From assembly GCF_013315695.1 (NCBI RefSeq), contig NZ_CP054353.1: DNA of 64,000 nt. The stretch is one strand, 5' to 3'. Shown here in pieces: positions 18,039 through 28,189 of this stretch (the first letter of the stretch is position 1; each line of letters starts with the position of its first letter). Both the position numbers and the translations under genes were made by a program. This stretch comes from Escherichia coli. Lineage in GTDB: Bacteria; Pseudomonadota; Gammaproteobacteria; Enterobacterales; Enterobacteriaceae. The notes under the pieces are model-generated. The model saw only the letters and a list, made by a program, of their open reading frames with translations, did not search any database and was not told the origin of the DNA.

Positions 18039-19082
18039 TCAGCTGGCGTTATCCTGAAGCAACGCATAGGGGTTAAAGCGCATTACCTCGCTTCCCAGCC
18101 ATTCATTGACATGCTTCATGGCCTCCATGACAGGTTGCAGCTCGTTGATGAAAAACACCCTCGCCGCTTTCTCAACGTCACCGAGCGCCGCGTTCCCGTC
18201 AGGCATTGCCCCCATCAGCTGAGGCGGTACACGGTGAGCCGCAAGGATATCGTCACGGGCGGTACCCTTGATGTTAAGGAATTCGTCCTTCGCGGTGATT
18301 TGCTGGAACGGCAGTATTTGCACACCATCCTTGCCGCCACCTGGCGCGTGCAGAAGGATATTGCGGAACGCCCCCTTGCCACGGGATTCCGTGAGGGTTT
18401 TCTTTACCGCCTCCACGCTTTCAGCGTTTGCCTGGGCGGCCCCGACATAGACAATGCACCCGGCATGTGAGCCGTTGTCATAGTAGAGCTTGCGGAACGT
18501 GTCCGCCGAGTTCGACAGGCTCACCGACAGCAGCCCACCGATATACTCCGGCATCCCGTAGATTTCCTGGTTGATATCAGGGTTCAGAACATGGCACACA
18601 GCCCCCTTCCGGAACGCGAATTCAGAACCATCATCATTGAGGTACCAGTACGTATCGAGATCACTGCCCCGCCGCGTGTATTTCGCCAGCGCCGGGCGGA
18701 GCGCAATGGGCTCACCGAACCTGTTACGGCGCACCTCAAGATAGGCATTACCGAACACAAACCAGTCGAGTGCAAACGCTGAAAACGCCTGGCGGGACAG
18801 GAGCGGATGAGGAACAAAGCACCCGTTCAGGGCGTTGCGCTTAAAATACAGGGCCGACTGGTGCCATGACGCACGACGGGAGGCGCGAGCAATGGCGTTC
18901 CAGTCCATGGGGGTGTCATAGTAGCGGCCATTATCGGCGCACGACATATTATCAAGAAGATCAAGACGGCTTGCTTCATAAGGACCGTCAAACGTGAAAG
19001 CACTGAGTGACGGCGCTGATTTCAGTGCATCGGCCAGTGAGCCCGTGCCGCGCTTTCCGGTGTATTTTTTACGTTTACTCAT
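18039..19082 (-). CDS. portal protein, P2 gpQ-like
   Basis: 347 aa; size and position next to terminase ATPase. Confidence 0.85.
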   Translation of the reverse strand: MSKRKKYTGKRGTGSLADALKSAPSLSAFTFDGPYEASRLDLLDNMSCADNGRYYDTPMDWNAIARASRRASWHQSALYFKRNALNGCFVPHPLLSRQAFSAFALDWFVFGNAYLEVRRNRFGEPIALRPALAKYTRRGSDLDTYWYLNDDGSEFAFRKGAVCHVLNPDINQEIYGMPEYIGGLLSVSLSNSADTFRKLYYDNGSHAGCIVYVGAAQANAESVEAVKKTLTESRGKGAFRNILLHAPGGGKDGVQILPFQQITAKDEFLNIKGTARDDILAAHRVPPQLMGAMPDGNAALGDVEKAARVFFINELQPVMEAMKHVNEWLGSEVMRFNPYALLQDNAS

Positions 19083-19087
19083 TGTGT

Positions 19088-20821
19088 TCAGAACTCCATT
19101 GCAAAGCCACGATTATCCTCACGCTCTGCGCCGATTGGCTCATTGATAACAGCAAGCATGGTTGCCCAGGCGAGATCACCATGACTGACACCCCGGGAGC
19201 GGTCAGTGTCATAGGTGATATAGCCGCCGGGCGTCTGTATTTTTCGCACCGATGAAAATGCCTGTATCAGGTCGCGTTCGCTGCGGTCATACTCCCACCG
19301 TCCGGCGCGGACCACCTGAAGCATCTTCATGACCAGCGCCCGTTTGGACGCGATATTGAAGTTGTACGGAACAGCCAGGGGGAAGAGCTTTTTCACAATC
19401 TGATAAACCCCTTCGCCGTTACCACCGGTCACATCAATACCAATATGTTTCACGTTATATTTCTTCGTGTACTCCTCGATCAGGGCAGCTTGTTGTTCAA
19501 ACTCCATACCCTGAACCCTGACTGTCTCCACCGTGCGAAAACGCCCACCGGCAACAAGGGGTGGCACGCACACCGACAGCGCCCCGCAGTCCCCTTTCCC
19601 GCTGCTGCCGTTGGCATCATAGCCAAGCCAGACCTCCCGAACGCCCATCGGACGGGACGCAAAAGGTTTCCAGTCAGGCCATTCATCGTAACCATCCACG
19701 CCGCAGCCGATGAGCGCATTCAGGCTGAAGGCCGCCTCACCATCACGGACAAATTCGCACATGTACAGATTGCGAAATTCACTTTCTGTATTCTCATCGC
19801 GAATATCATCAATACTGGTGAACTGCCATCCGTTAGCGACAGCATCCTCGATAGTGACAATCTGCCGCCACGTTTTATCGGGAAAGAGCACGCCCCCCTT
19901 CAGGTGGGCATGTGAAACATCAAATTCATTGCGTTTTGAGCGCGGCCGCTCGCTGTTCCAGCGGTCCCCTGTCCAGAACTGATACGCCTCATGCGTCTCA
20001 CCTGACGGCGTAGAGAAGTAAGTGCGCGTAAGCCCTTTCAGCGTCGCCATTGCCCCGGCAACCTTCCTGAGGTTCACAAAGTTACTGACCCAGAAAAATT
20101 CGTCGAATTTCAGATGACCGGTATAGGACTGCGCGGTGGCAGCTGACGTACCGAGGAAGTGCAGCTCGGCACCGTTGGACAGCACAATTTTGTCGCCGCC
20201 TTTGAGCTCAACATCCACCTCCTGAGCAGCCTGCTGAATGAAATGCTTGAACTGATACGCCTGACGACGGGAGGCGGACAAAAATATCTGGTTGCGCTGA
20301 TACCCGGCGGAGACATCATCACGCAGTGCATCAAGGAGCGCCTCGCGCGCAAAATACCAGGTCGCACCAATCTGACGCGACTTCAGGATCATGCGGTTGC
20401 GGTGGTGGCGGTTTTCGTACCATTCGCGTTGATGCCAGGCCAGTGACGGCAGGATTTTTTCCCTGAGCGCAGCAATCTGTTCTTCGGTGAAGTGATTTTT
20501 CAGTCTGCGTTTACGGGGCTTTTTACCGGAAACGGCATGCTCTCCCTGACTGTCATTCAGTTTTTTCAGCTGGCGCGTGAGAAGGTCAATTTCCTTAAAA
20601 TCGCTGCCGCTTTTCTCTGTTTTTGTGGTGAGCTGGATGAGGCGCGCATCAATGGACTGGGTGACCCGCTGGATCGGGGGGGTGGCATCCCACTCATCGC
20701 GTTTTTTCCATGAGTAAATCGTGTTCTGGCTGATCCCCATCAGTTGCGAGATTTCCGCAGGCGTGTACCCTTGCCAGTAAAGTTGTCTCGCTCCTATGCG
20801 GACAAATGCATCCTGAATCAT
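19088..20821 (-). CDS. terminase large (ATPase) subunit, P2 gpP-like
   Basis: 577 aa; divergent from the capsid operon as in P2. Confidence 0.85.
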   Translation of the reverse strand: MIQDAFVRIGARQLYWQGYTPAEISQLMGISQNTIYSWKKRDEWDATPPIQRVTQSIDARLIQLTTKTEKSGSDFKEIDLLTRQLKKLNDSQGEHAVSGKKPRKRRLKNHFTEEQIAALREKILPSLAWHQREWYENRHHRNRMILKSRQIGATWYFAREALLDALRDDVSAGYQRNQIFLSASRRQAYQFKHFIQQAAQEVDVELKGGDKIVLSNGAELHFLGTSAATAQSYTGHLKFDEFFWVSNFVNLRKVAGAMATLKGLTRTYFSTPSGETHEAYQFWTGDRWNSERPRSKRNEFDVSHAHLKGGVLFPDKTWRQIVTIEDAVANGWQFTSIDDIRDENTESEFRNLYMCEFVRDGEAAFSLNALIGCGVDGYDEWPDWKPFASRPMGVREVWLGYDANGSSGKGDCGALSVCVPPLVAGGRFRTVETVRVQGMEFEQQAALIEEYTKKYNVKHIGIDVTGGNGEGVYQIVKKLFPLAVPYNFNIASKRALVMKMLQVVRAGRWEYDRSERDLIQAFSSVRKIQTPGGYITYDTDRSRGVSHGDLAWATMLAVINEPIGAEREDNRGFAMEF

Positions 20822-20887
20822 GCGCCCCCCTTCATTAGCTGAAACAAAGAGTAAACGCCCCGCCCTTTACCGGATATTCGGCGCCGT

Positions 20888-20905
20888 TGTAGCGGTGTTC
20901 TTACA
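20888..20905. promoter_or_regulatory. Ogr-type late promoter element TGT-N12-ACA (tgtagcggtgttcttaca)
   Basis: Dyad in the divergent P/O intergenic region; shares GTTCTTACAAC with the element at 41115-41132. Confidence 0.6.
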
Positions 20906-20977
20906 ACAACCCCGCCTTGAGATGCCATCCCCTCCCCCCGCATGATGGAATACACCATTCCGGAAAGGAGATTTTTC

Positions 20978-21814
20978 ATGGCATCCAAAAACGCGCCAGT
21001 ACGAAAAAAATTCCGCGTCGCCGTCTCGGGCACAACCATCGACGGACGTGAAATTTCAGGCCAGATGTTGCGTCAGGCCGCAGAGAACTACGACCCGGAC
21101 GTGTGGGGATCACGGGTGAACGTGGAGCATATGCTTTCACGAATGCCGTCCAGTGAATTCAGTGCTGTGGGGGATGTGATTTCACTCTCCACCAAAGAAA
21201 TCACGGAAGGCAAGCTGGCCGGTCGCACCGCACTGTATGCCGAAATAGAGCCAACCCACCGTATGACGGAGATGTTGCGAGACGGCAAGAAAATCTACTC
21301 AAGCATCGAGCTTGAACCCAACATTGATGCCGTTGGCGGACCTTACGTAACCGGCCTGGCAATGACCGACACCCCGGCAAGTCTCGGCACTGAACGACTG
21401 AAATTTGCCGCTCAACAGCGCGCCAGCATCATGCAGTTCAGCAACCGCGCCGGTGAAGTTGCCATGTTCACCGAATGCATGGAAGCGGAACTGGTGGCAT
21501 CCGTCCAGGACAGCAGCGAAGAAAGCCGGAAGTGGTTTTCGCGCGTCATGGCACTCATCAGCAAAACCCGTGACACGGACAGCGAGCAGTTCGCTCACGT
21601 GCGCGAAGCCGTCGAGAGCATTGCCACGGAACAGGCCGGCCTTCTGGATCGCTTCCATGCGATGGAAGAGCAACAGCGCAGTGATAAGGCATCAATGGAA
21701 GCCCTGACCCGCGAACTGACTGAACTGAAGGCGCAGCTGAAAACCGAAGACGCAGACAAGGAACAGCGCTTTGCTTCAACCGGTGGCAACAGCCACGCCC
21801 TGGCTGATTTTTAA
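20978..21814 (+). CDS. capsid scaffolding protein, P2 gpO-like
   Basis: ATG with GGAG RBS; 278 aa; precedes major capsid gene. Confidence 0.82.
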   Translation: MASKNAPVRKKFRVAVSGTTIDGREISGQMLRQAAENYDPDVWGSRVNVEHMLSRMPSSEFSAVGDVISLSTKEITEGKLAGRTALYAEIEPTHRMTEMLRDGKKIYSSIELEPNIDAVGGPYVTGLAMTDTPASLGTERLKFAAQQRASIMQFSNRAGEVAMFTECMEAELVASVQDSSEESRKWFSRVMALISKTRDTDSEQFAHVREAVESIATEQAGLLDRFHAMEEQQRSDKASMEALTRELTELKAQLKTEDADKEQRFASTGGNSHALADF

Positions 21815-21829
21815 CAGAGGAACAAAATC

Positions 21830-22924
21830 ATGGGAAACCGCTTAACGCTTTCTCGCGAAGGCCGCAGCAATCTTGAGGCCTATCTTGCACGCCAGGCAGA
21901 ACTGGCCGAAACCACCGTAGAACGACTGGGGAAAACCTTCAGCGTTGATCCGGCTGTTCATCAGAAGATGGAAAACGCCATCAAAGAGAGCGACGAGCTG
22001 CTGAAAAGAATCAACAGCATCGGAGTTGACGATCAGGAGGGTGAAAAAGTCCTGGTGAATACCAGCGGCCCCATCGCCAGCACCAACTCAACCAGTGACG
22101 GCGTGAAGCGACGCAATCCAGCTGACGTCTCTGATCTGGCATCACGTCGTTATCGCTGCGAACAGGTGAACTACGACACTTTCATCAGCTACGCACAGAT
22201 TGACGCGTGGAGCAGCCAGAAAAACTTCCAGCAACTGCTGAGTGCACAAATCACCCGACAGATTGCACTGGACCGTATCATGATTGGCTTTAACGGTGAG
22301 TCGCACGCCCTCATCTCCGATCGTTCTGCCAACCAGAAACTTCAGGACGTTAACACCGGGTGGCTGAAACACATCCGTGAACACGCCGCGACGCGTGTCG
22401 TGAAGGCAATGACGCTGACCCGTCGCGATCATGAAAACAAACTGGTTGCAAAAGGCGACTACGGCAACGCTGACGCGATGGTTAACGACATTCGCTCTTC
22501 CGTACTGGATGAGTGGCACAAGGACGCCCCGGATCTGGTTGTTGTCATGGGCCGCAACCTGTTCAACACGCTGCGTCTGCCTATGATTAACGCCATCAGC
22601 ACCACCAACCCGAACACGGAGCTGGTCGCTGGACAGCTGATTACAGCCTCCCGCACCATTGGCGCGCTGCCAACCTTCTTTGCGCCGTACTTCCCGGACG
22701 ATGCCATGCTGATCACGTCGTTCAGCAACCTTTCGGTGTACTTCCAGAAAGGGTCACTGCGTCGCTTCATCCGTGAAGAGCCGGAGTACAACCGCATCGC
22801 CACCTACCAGTCCATGAACGACTGCTACGTGGTGGAAGACTACGGCAAATGTGCGCTGATTGAGGGTATTTCTTTCGCCGGTGAAGATCCGGAAGACAAG
22901 GAAGAGCCAGAAGAACGGGCGTAA
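21830..22924 (+). CDS. major capsid protein, P2 gpN-like
   Basis: 364 aa; C-terminal region matches recalled P2 N (YFPDDAMLITSFSNLSVYF, YVVEDYG). Confidence 0.88.
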   Translation: MGNRLTLSREGRSNLEAYLARQAELAETTVERLGKTFSVDPAVHQKMENAIKESDELLKRINSIGVDDQEGEKVLVNTSGPIASTNSTSDGVKRRNPADVSDLASRRYRCEQVNYDTFISYAQIDAWSSQKNFQQLLSAQITRQIALDRIMIGFNGESHALISDRSANQKLQDVNTGWLKHIREHAATRVVKAMTLTRRDHENKLVAKGDYGNADAMVNDIRSSVLDEWHKDAPDLVVVMGRNLFNTLRLPMINAISTTNPNTELVAGQLITASRTIGALPTFFAPYFPDDAMLITSFSNLSVYFQKGSLRRFIREEPEYNRIATYQSMNDCYVVEDYGKCALIEGISFAGEDPEDKEEPEERA

Positions 22925-22973
22925 CGCATCATGGCGGGCACATGCGCCCGCCGGTTAATCAGGAGTCGAACAC

Positions 22974-23783
22974 ATGCTGACACCGGCACAACGATACCTT
23001 CAGCGCACGATGGCGCATCATAGGGCTGATCCATTCAATCGCGAAGAGCAGAGAACACGAACGGCACATGAACAGGTTCTTCACCAGTTACGCCTCGCAC
23101 AGTTGCAGCTGAAGGGCGTGCAGTCAAACATCGCGAAAGCGGAGCTGAAGAAGCACCTGATACCGAATTTTGAAGGCTGGATCGACGGCACACTGGCAGG
23201 CGACAGCGGACGCCAGGACGAAGTCATTACCACCATGATGGTGTGGGCCATTGACTGCCGGGATTATCCGCTGGCGCTGCGTATCGGTGAGTACGTTATT
23301 CGTCACCGGCTGGCACTGCCGGACAACTTCGGGCGCGATGCGGCGACCGTACTCACCGAAGAAATTGCCGAAGTTGTGCTGACAGAAGCCGCCACCAACA
23401 GCGAAACCGACTTATCCGGCTATATCCGTATGCTGGACGAGCTGGATGCACTGGTTCACGACCAGGACATGCCGGATCAGGTCCGTGCAAAACTGCATAA
23501 GGCGCGGGCATTTTCACGACGCGCATCAGGCAGCACGGAAGACCTGACTGTGTCGCTTGGTCTGCTGCGTGAAGCCATGCGCATCAATCCGGCTGCGGGC
23601 GTGAAACGTGAAATCGCCACGCTGGCCAGAAAAGTGTCAAAGGTTCAGCCGGAACAGGAAAAACCGGCAGAAGAGAAAAGTAAATCGAAAGCAACATCAG
23701 GGCGCAAAAAGCCGGCTACAAAAGCGACGGCCAGAAAAGCCACGAAAAAAACCGCCGCAAAAGCGGCGCGTAAGGCGACCTGA
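22974..23783 (+). CDS. terminase small (endonuclease) subunit, P2 gpM-like
   Basis: 269 aa with lysine-rich C-terminus; P2 gene order. Confidence 0.8.
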   Translation: MLTPAQRYLQRTMAHHRADPFNREEQRTRTAHEQVLHQLRLAQLQLKGVQSNIAKAELKKHLIPNFEGWIDGTLAGDSGRQDEVITTMMVWAIDCRDYPLALRIGEYVIRHRLALPDNFGRDAATVLTEEIAEVVLTEAATNSETDLSGYIRMLDELDALVHDQDMPDQVRAKLHKARAFSRRASGSTEDLTVSLGLLREAMRINPAAGVKREIATLARKVSKVQPEQEKPAEEKSKSKATSGRKKPATKATARKATKKTAAKAARKAT

Positions 23784-23891
23784 TAACACCGGACCCGACC
23801 TCGTCGGCAGGCGGCGCGACCGGTGATCTGATCGCTGACTCCCGGTCATTTTCACCAGTCGCCCACCGCCTGATCTACAGGAGAAGACACC

Positions 23892-24386
23892 ATGAGCATG
23901 GTAGCCAGACCCCGTGTGAACGACGCCACGGATGACACGACAGACACCGAAGACGGCGAAGCGCGCATCAGTACAGACGCGTTCTGGCCGGATATCGTGC
24001 TGAAGGAGCTGCGGCTTGCCATGCGTATCCCGGGGCGAACCACAACGTCACGTCTGCTGCATGCCGCCACCGAAGCTGTTGCTCATGTGACGGCAGAGCT
24101 TGACGCCTGGAAGCAGGAACAGGAGGCGGCGGGACGGTCGACACTGGCGGACGTTCCGGCAGCACACATCAACGGTGAGAGCGTGAACGTGCACCGGTAC
24201 CGCCGGGCGGTGTATGCACTGACCCGTGCGGGTGTTCTTGAGCGTTCCCGGGATGTGGACACCACCGACAAAGGTGATCGCCGTGCCGATGCCCTGGACA
24301 TGCAGATTGAAGATATGTGGCGCGATGCGCGATGGGCCATATCGGACATCCGGGGCGTGAAACGGATTTATGCGGAGCTGATTTAA
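23892..24386 (+). CDS. head completion protein, P2 gpL-like
   Basis: 164 aa; P2 gene order. Confidence 0.75.
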   Translation: MSMVARPRVNDATDDTTDTEDGEARISTDAFWPDIVLKELRLAMRIPGRTTTSRLLHAATEAVAHVTAELDAWKQEQEAAGRSTLADVPAAHINGESVNVHRYRRAVYALTRAGVLERSRDVDTTDKGDRRADALDMQIEDMWRDARWAISDIRGVKRIYAELI

Positions 24387-24586
24387 TGAAAGTGATAGCG
24401 CAGGATGGCGACACCGTTGATTTACTCTGCCAGCGTCATTACGGCATGACAAAAGGCGTGACGGAGCGCGTCCTGGCAGCCAATCCGGGGCTGAGCAGCA
24501 CCGTATTTCTGGCGACAGGTCAGGAAGTGGAGCTGCCGGAAATCACACAGGAAAAACAGCGCGAAACCGTTCAGTTGTGGGATTGA
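24386..24586 (+). CDS. tail protein X, P2 gpX-like (LysM-like)
   Basis: 66 aa MKVIAQDGDTVDLLCQRHYG...AANPGL...; coupled to L stop. Confidence 0.8.
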   Translation: MKVIAQDGDTVDLLCQRHYGMTKGVTERVLAANPGLSSTVFLATGQEVELPEITQEKQRETVQLWD

Positions 24587-24588
24587 TT

Positions 24589-24879
24589 ATGTTTCAGAGA
24601 ATTTACGACCACATTACGTTTTTCACATCCGTCATGGTCACCGGTATAGGGGTTATGACGCTGAGCGAGAAGATGGCGCTGGCCGGGCTGATTCTGGGGG
24701 CTCTTTCTCTGCTGCGTGGATGGATGCACAGAACACGTATGGAGCAGGCACAGGAGCGCCGCAACGAGCTTATTGCACGCATAGCCGACCAGATGCAGCA
24801 ACGACCACTAAAAGGCAGCGAGAAACGCGCTCTGGAGGCGCTGAAAGCAGACGGAGATACTCATGGGAAACCAGGTTAA
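24589..24879 (+). CDS. holin (96 aa, two TM segments)
   Basis: Position before the endolysin; TM segments ITFFTSVMVTGIGVM and MALAGLILGALSLL. Confidence 0.7.
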   Translation: MFQRIYDHITFFTSVMVTGIGVMTLSEKMALAGLILGALSLLRGWMHRTRMEQAQERRNELIARIADQMQQRPLKGSEKRALEALKADGDTHGKPG

Positions 24880-25402
24880 ACGTTATACCGTTGCCGCCAT
24901 CGTGGCGCTGGGTTTTTCGCTGGCCCCCGGGGAACTGAGAACCTCACAGGAGGCACAGGAAAAAATAGCCACGTGGGAAGACTGCCGGGCCGTTCCGTAC
25001 AGGGATATCGCCGGGGTGAAAACCGTGGGCTGCGGCTCAACGGGAAACGTGCCCGACCGCCACCACACCCAACAGGAGGTTGCCGGTCGCTGGGTGAATG
25101 ATTTGCGACGGGCAGAGAACTGCATCAATCAGAACTTCAATGGCCGCGACATGCCACAGCGCCACTTCGAGGCAATGACGGATGCCGCCTTTAATCTGGG
25201 GTGCAAAGGTCTGATGTGGTTTAAGGGGCGTGACGGGAGAATGCACAGAACAACCATCTGGAAGTTCGCTCAGGGAAAGAACTGGAACGCAATGTGCGGC
25301 AGGCTGACGGATTTTGTGAACAGCGGCGGACGCTATTCACAGGGGCTGTTTAACCGACGGGACGACTTCCGGAAATGGTGTTCACAGGAGAACAAAACAT
25401 GA
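24863..25402 (+). CDS. SAR endolysin, GH24 lysozyme with N-terminal signal-anchor-release domain
   Basis: N-terminal weakly hydrophobic segment (YTVAAIVALGFSLAPG) then E-x8-D-x5-T catalytic triad (WEDCRAVPYRDIAGVKT). Confidence 0.8.
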   Translation: MGNQVKRYTVAAIVALGFSLAPGELRTSQEAQEKIATWEDCRAVPYRDIAGVKTVGCGSTGNVPDRHHTQQEVAGRWVNDLRRAENCINQNFNGRDMPQRHFEAMTDAAFNLGCKGLMWFKGRDGRMHRTTIWKFAQGKNWNAMCGRLTDFVNSGGRYSQGLFNRRDDFRKWCSQENKT

Positions 25403-25842
25403 GAGTCACCGTCATCATTGTCTGGCTGGTTGTGACGCTTCTGTTATGTGGGCTGGTCGGCTGGGAAGCATACCGCAAGGGGCAGGAAAGTCTGGGGAGA
25501 CAACAAATGATGGATGTCATCGAGGACAACCGGGCCGCCATGCATGAAGTCCGCGAGGCATACAGCGATTTTTCGCGGGTGATTAACATCATCCGGATCC
25601 TGGACCAGCAACGCATCACCGAAGGAGAGCAACGACGTGAAGCTATGCAGAAGGCCGCACAGAATGATGCGTGTGCTGGCGCTCATCCTCCTGGCGCTGT
25701 CACTGAGCGGCTGCAACAGCACATCGCACACGTTGAAAACCAGACTCGTTTACGAGCCGGTGCCGGAAGTACTGACAAGGCAGACGCCGATCCCCTTTCT
25801 GGAGCGACCGGTGACCTGGTACCGGATAACCGAATGGAGTGA
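25399..25842 (+). CDS. i-spanin (Rz/LysB-like, N-terminal TM anchor)
   Basis: MRVTVIIVWLVVTLLLCGLVG TM then coiled-coil-like region; ATGA-coupled to endolysin. Confidence 0.7.
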   Translation: MRVTVIIVWLVVTLLLCGLVGWEAYRKGQESLGRQQMMDVIEDNRAAMHEVREAYSDFSRVINIIRILDQQRITEGEQRREAMQKAAQNDACAGAHPPGAVTERLQQHIAHVENQTRLRAGAGSTDKADADPLSGATGDLVPDNRME

Positions 25843-25948
25843 CCAGTTACTGGCTGCGCTGGATACATGCAACACAGACAAAGCCGCAATAGCCTGGCTG
25901 GACAAGCAGAGGGCAGAACGGGCGCAAGATGCACCCAATCAGGAGTAG
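25664..25948 (+). CDS. o-spanin lipoprotein (Rz1/LysC-like), overlapping the i-spanin in another frame
   Basis: MMRVLALILLALSLSGC with lipobox LSGC; overlapping architecture typical of spanin pairs. Confidence 0.7.
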   Translation: MMRVLALILLALSLSGCNSTSHTLKTRLVYEPVPEVLTRQTPIPFLERPVTWYRITEWSDQLLAALDTCNTDKAAIAWLDKQRAERAQDAPNQE

Positions 25949-25951
25949 ACG

Positions 25952-27889
25952 ATGAGCAAAAAACATTTTGAGTTGATTACCGCCATGAGCCGTACGGAGC
26001 TGGCTGAGAAAGTTAACGAACGTCTGGCGCTGGGCTGGCAGCTTCAGGGCGACGCACAGGTTGCGTCAGAGCCGGGCGTGCCGTGGTATTTGATGCAGGC
26101 CATGACCGGTGATCAGCCCGTCACCGACGAGCCGCAAATTGCTGTGGATGACGAAGGGAACACAATCAACGAACCGGAATACTACTTCGTCATTGCTCTG
26201 GCCGGGCAATCCAACGGCATGGCGTATGGCGAAGGTCTGCCGCTGCCTGAGACATACGATCGCCCCGATCAGCGCATTAAGCAACTGGCACGCCGCAGTA
26301 CTGTCACGCCGGGTGGTGCGTCCTGTAATTACAACGACATTATTCCTGCGGACCACTGCCTGCATGATGTTCAGGATTTGAGTAAGTTTTCACACCCGAA
26401 AGCCAGCGCAGCTCAGTATGGATGCGTGGGGCAGGGATTACATATCGCGAAGAAATTGTTGCCGTTTATTCCGGCGAATGCGGGCATTCTTCTGGTTCCG
26501 TGCTGTCGTGGTGGATCTGCGTTTACTACAGGGGGTGATGGCGCTTTCAGTGAAACAACCGGTGCAACAGAAGCATCGTCTCGTTGGGGGGTCGATAAAC
26601 CGTTATACAAGGATCTACTCACCCGAACAAAAGCCGCACTGAAAACCAACCCTAAAAACATTCTGCTTGCAGTGGTCTGGATGCAGGGCGAGTTTGACTT
26701 AAAACAAACAACGGCATATTCCAACCAGCCAGCGGCGTTTGATGCCATGGTGGCAAAATACCGCTCCGATCTGGCGGGCGTATCAGGTCAGTGCGTTGGT
26801 GGCTCTTCATCATCAGTACCCTGGATTTGTGGTGATACAACTTATTACTGGAAAGAGACATATCCAACCGAGTACGGTGTTGTCTATGGCGCATACAAAA
26901 ACAAGCAGGCTAAAAACATCTTCTTTGTGCCGTTTATGACGGATGAAAACGGTCAGAATGTTGGCACCAACGAGCCAGATGAAGATCCTGATATCACTGA
27001 AATCGACTATTACGGTTCTGGATGGCGCAAAGATAAAACCACATGGACAACGGCAGATCGTAAAACTCACTTTGGCTCATGGGCACGTCGGGGAATTATT
27101 TCAGATCGTCTTGCTACAGCAATAATTGAGCATGCAGGTAAAACGGAAGCACTTGTTTATGGCAGGGTAACGCTCAGTAAAGAGGAAGAGCGCCCGGAAG
27201 AGGAAGATGAACCCATTGTAAAACCCACAGCTGAACAGTCAGTTATACTTTACGACGCTAAAAATGCCTCAGATACCAATTTACAGGCGCTGAACTGGGA
27301 GTTGAAGGATGTCACCCCCTCTCTGATTCAGGAGGGAAGTAATAAGGCGTTGCGTCTTGAGAAAAGCAACAGTGCGAAACCATGGTCATTACTTCATAGT
27401 ATTGCAGCCGAAAAATCAGGACAACTTCTGGAAAAAGGCGGAGAAATTTCCGTTCGCTTCAAAATACCTGAAAACACCTCTCTTGATACAGGAAAAAATA
27501 AGTATGTGTTAGGGCTGTACTGGAAAATAGCGGGATGGCCAGGTGATGGCGGAGAAGGCTATCTGAGTTCTTTTCTTGTTCAGACAGATAAAGCAAACCT
27601 GGATGTTGTTTACCATTACAACAGTAATCAACTGAAAGATATTGGTACATTTGATGAGTTTGATCATGACTGGCATACGCTCGCATTCAGGTTTGAAGGC
27701 GGTAACAGCCTCAGCGTTACACCGGTGCTCGATGGTAAAGATGGTCAGGCGTTTGATCTTGTTAAGTGGACTAATTCAGCTAATGAGGCCAATAAGTTTA
27801 TTTTGACCGATATTACTGGCACAGCTGAAACGTATCCTGTCCTTATTGAGACAATCGAAGTTAAAGCAAACCAGGCAGCAGCGAAATAA
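25952..27889 (+). CDS. sialate O-acetylesterase, NanS-p-like (SGNH/SASA domain with C-terminal lectin-like region)
   Basis: 645 aa; GQSN block (ALAGQSNGMAYGEG); size and domain order match prophage NanS-p esterases as recalled; inserted between lysis and tail genes. Confidence 0.7.
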   Translation: MSKKHFELITAMSRTELAEKVNERLALGWQLQGDAQVASEPGVPWYLMQAMTGDQPVTDEPQIAVDDEGNTINEPEYYFVIALAGQSNGMAYGEGLPLPETYDRPDQRIKQLARRSTVTPGGASCNYNDIIPADHCLHDVQDLSKFSHPKASAAQYGCVGQGLHIAKKLLPFIPANAGILLVPCCRGGSAFTTGGDGAFSETTGATEASSRWGVDKPLYKDLLTRTKAALKTNPKNILLAVVWMQGEFDLKQTTAYSNQPAAFDAMVAKYRSDLAGVSGQCVGGSSSSVPWICGDTTYYWKETYPTEYGVVYGAYKNKQAKNIFFVPFMTDENGQNVGTNEPDEDPDITEIDYYGSGWRKDKTTWTTADRKTHFGSWARRGIISDRLATAIIEHAGKTEALVYGRVTLSKEEERPEEEDEPIVKPTAEQSVILYDAKNASDTNLQALNWELKDVTPSLIQEGSNKALRLEKSNSAKPWSLLHSIAAEKSGQLLEKGGEISVRFKIPENTSLDTGKNKYVLGLYWKIAGWPGDGGEGYLSSFLVQTDKANLDVVYHYNSNQLKDIGTFDEFDHDWHTLAFRFEGGNSLSVTPVLDGKDGQAFDLVKWTNSANEANKFILTDITGTAETYPVLIETIEVKANQAAAK

Positions 27890-27896
27890 TAAAAAA

Positions 27897-27919
27897 CCCC
27901 CTCCGGCATTCGGAGGGGG
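27897..27919. other. strong GC stem-loop (ccccctccg-gcatt-cggaggggg) after the esterase gene
   Basis: 9-bp stem; A-run on the 5' side, so the T-run is on the minus strand. Confidence 0.5.
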
Positions 27920-28189
27920 AGAGAAACTAACCATTAAAAACGAATATCTATAAGCATCTCAATTCTGGCGTTTTACACCATCACACGCAATGCAAAGGAG
28001 CAATGTATGAATTTATTTCAACAGTCCATGTTGTATTTCAGTGCTGCAGTATGCGTCATATGGGTGTGATAAGGCAGACAGAACTTCCGGAACAAAAAAC
28101 AAATAAGGCAGCAGTAAGAAAAGCAGCTGGCGGTACAACTAACCGATCCTGAAATAGCCTGCCATACACAACAAACAGACGGTGTTTTT

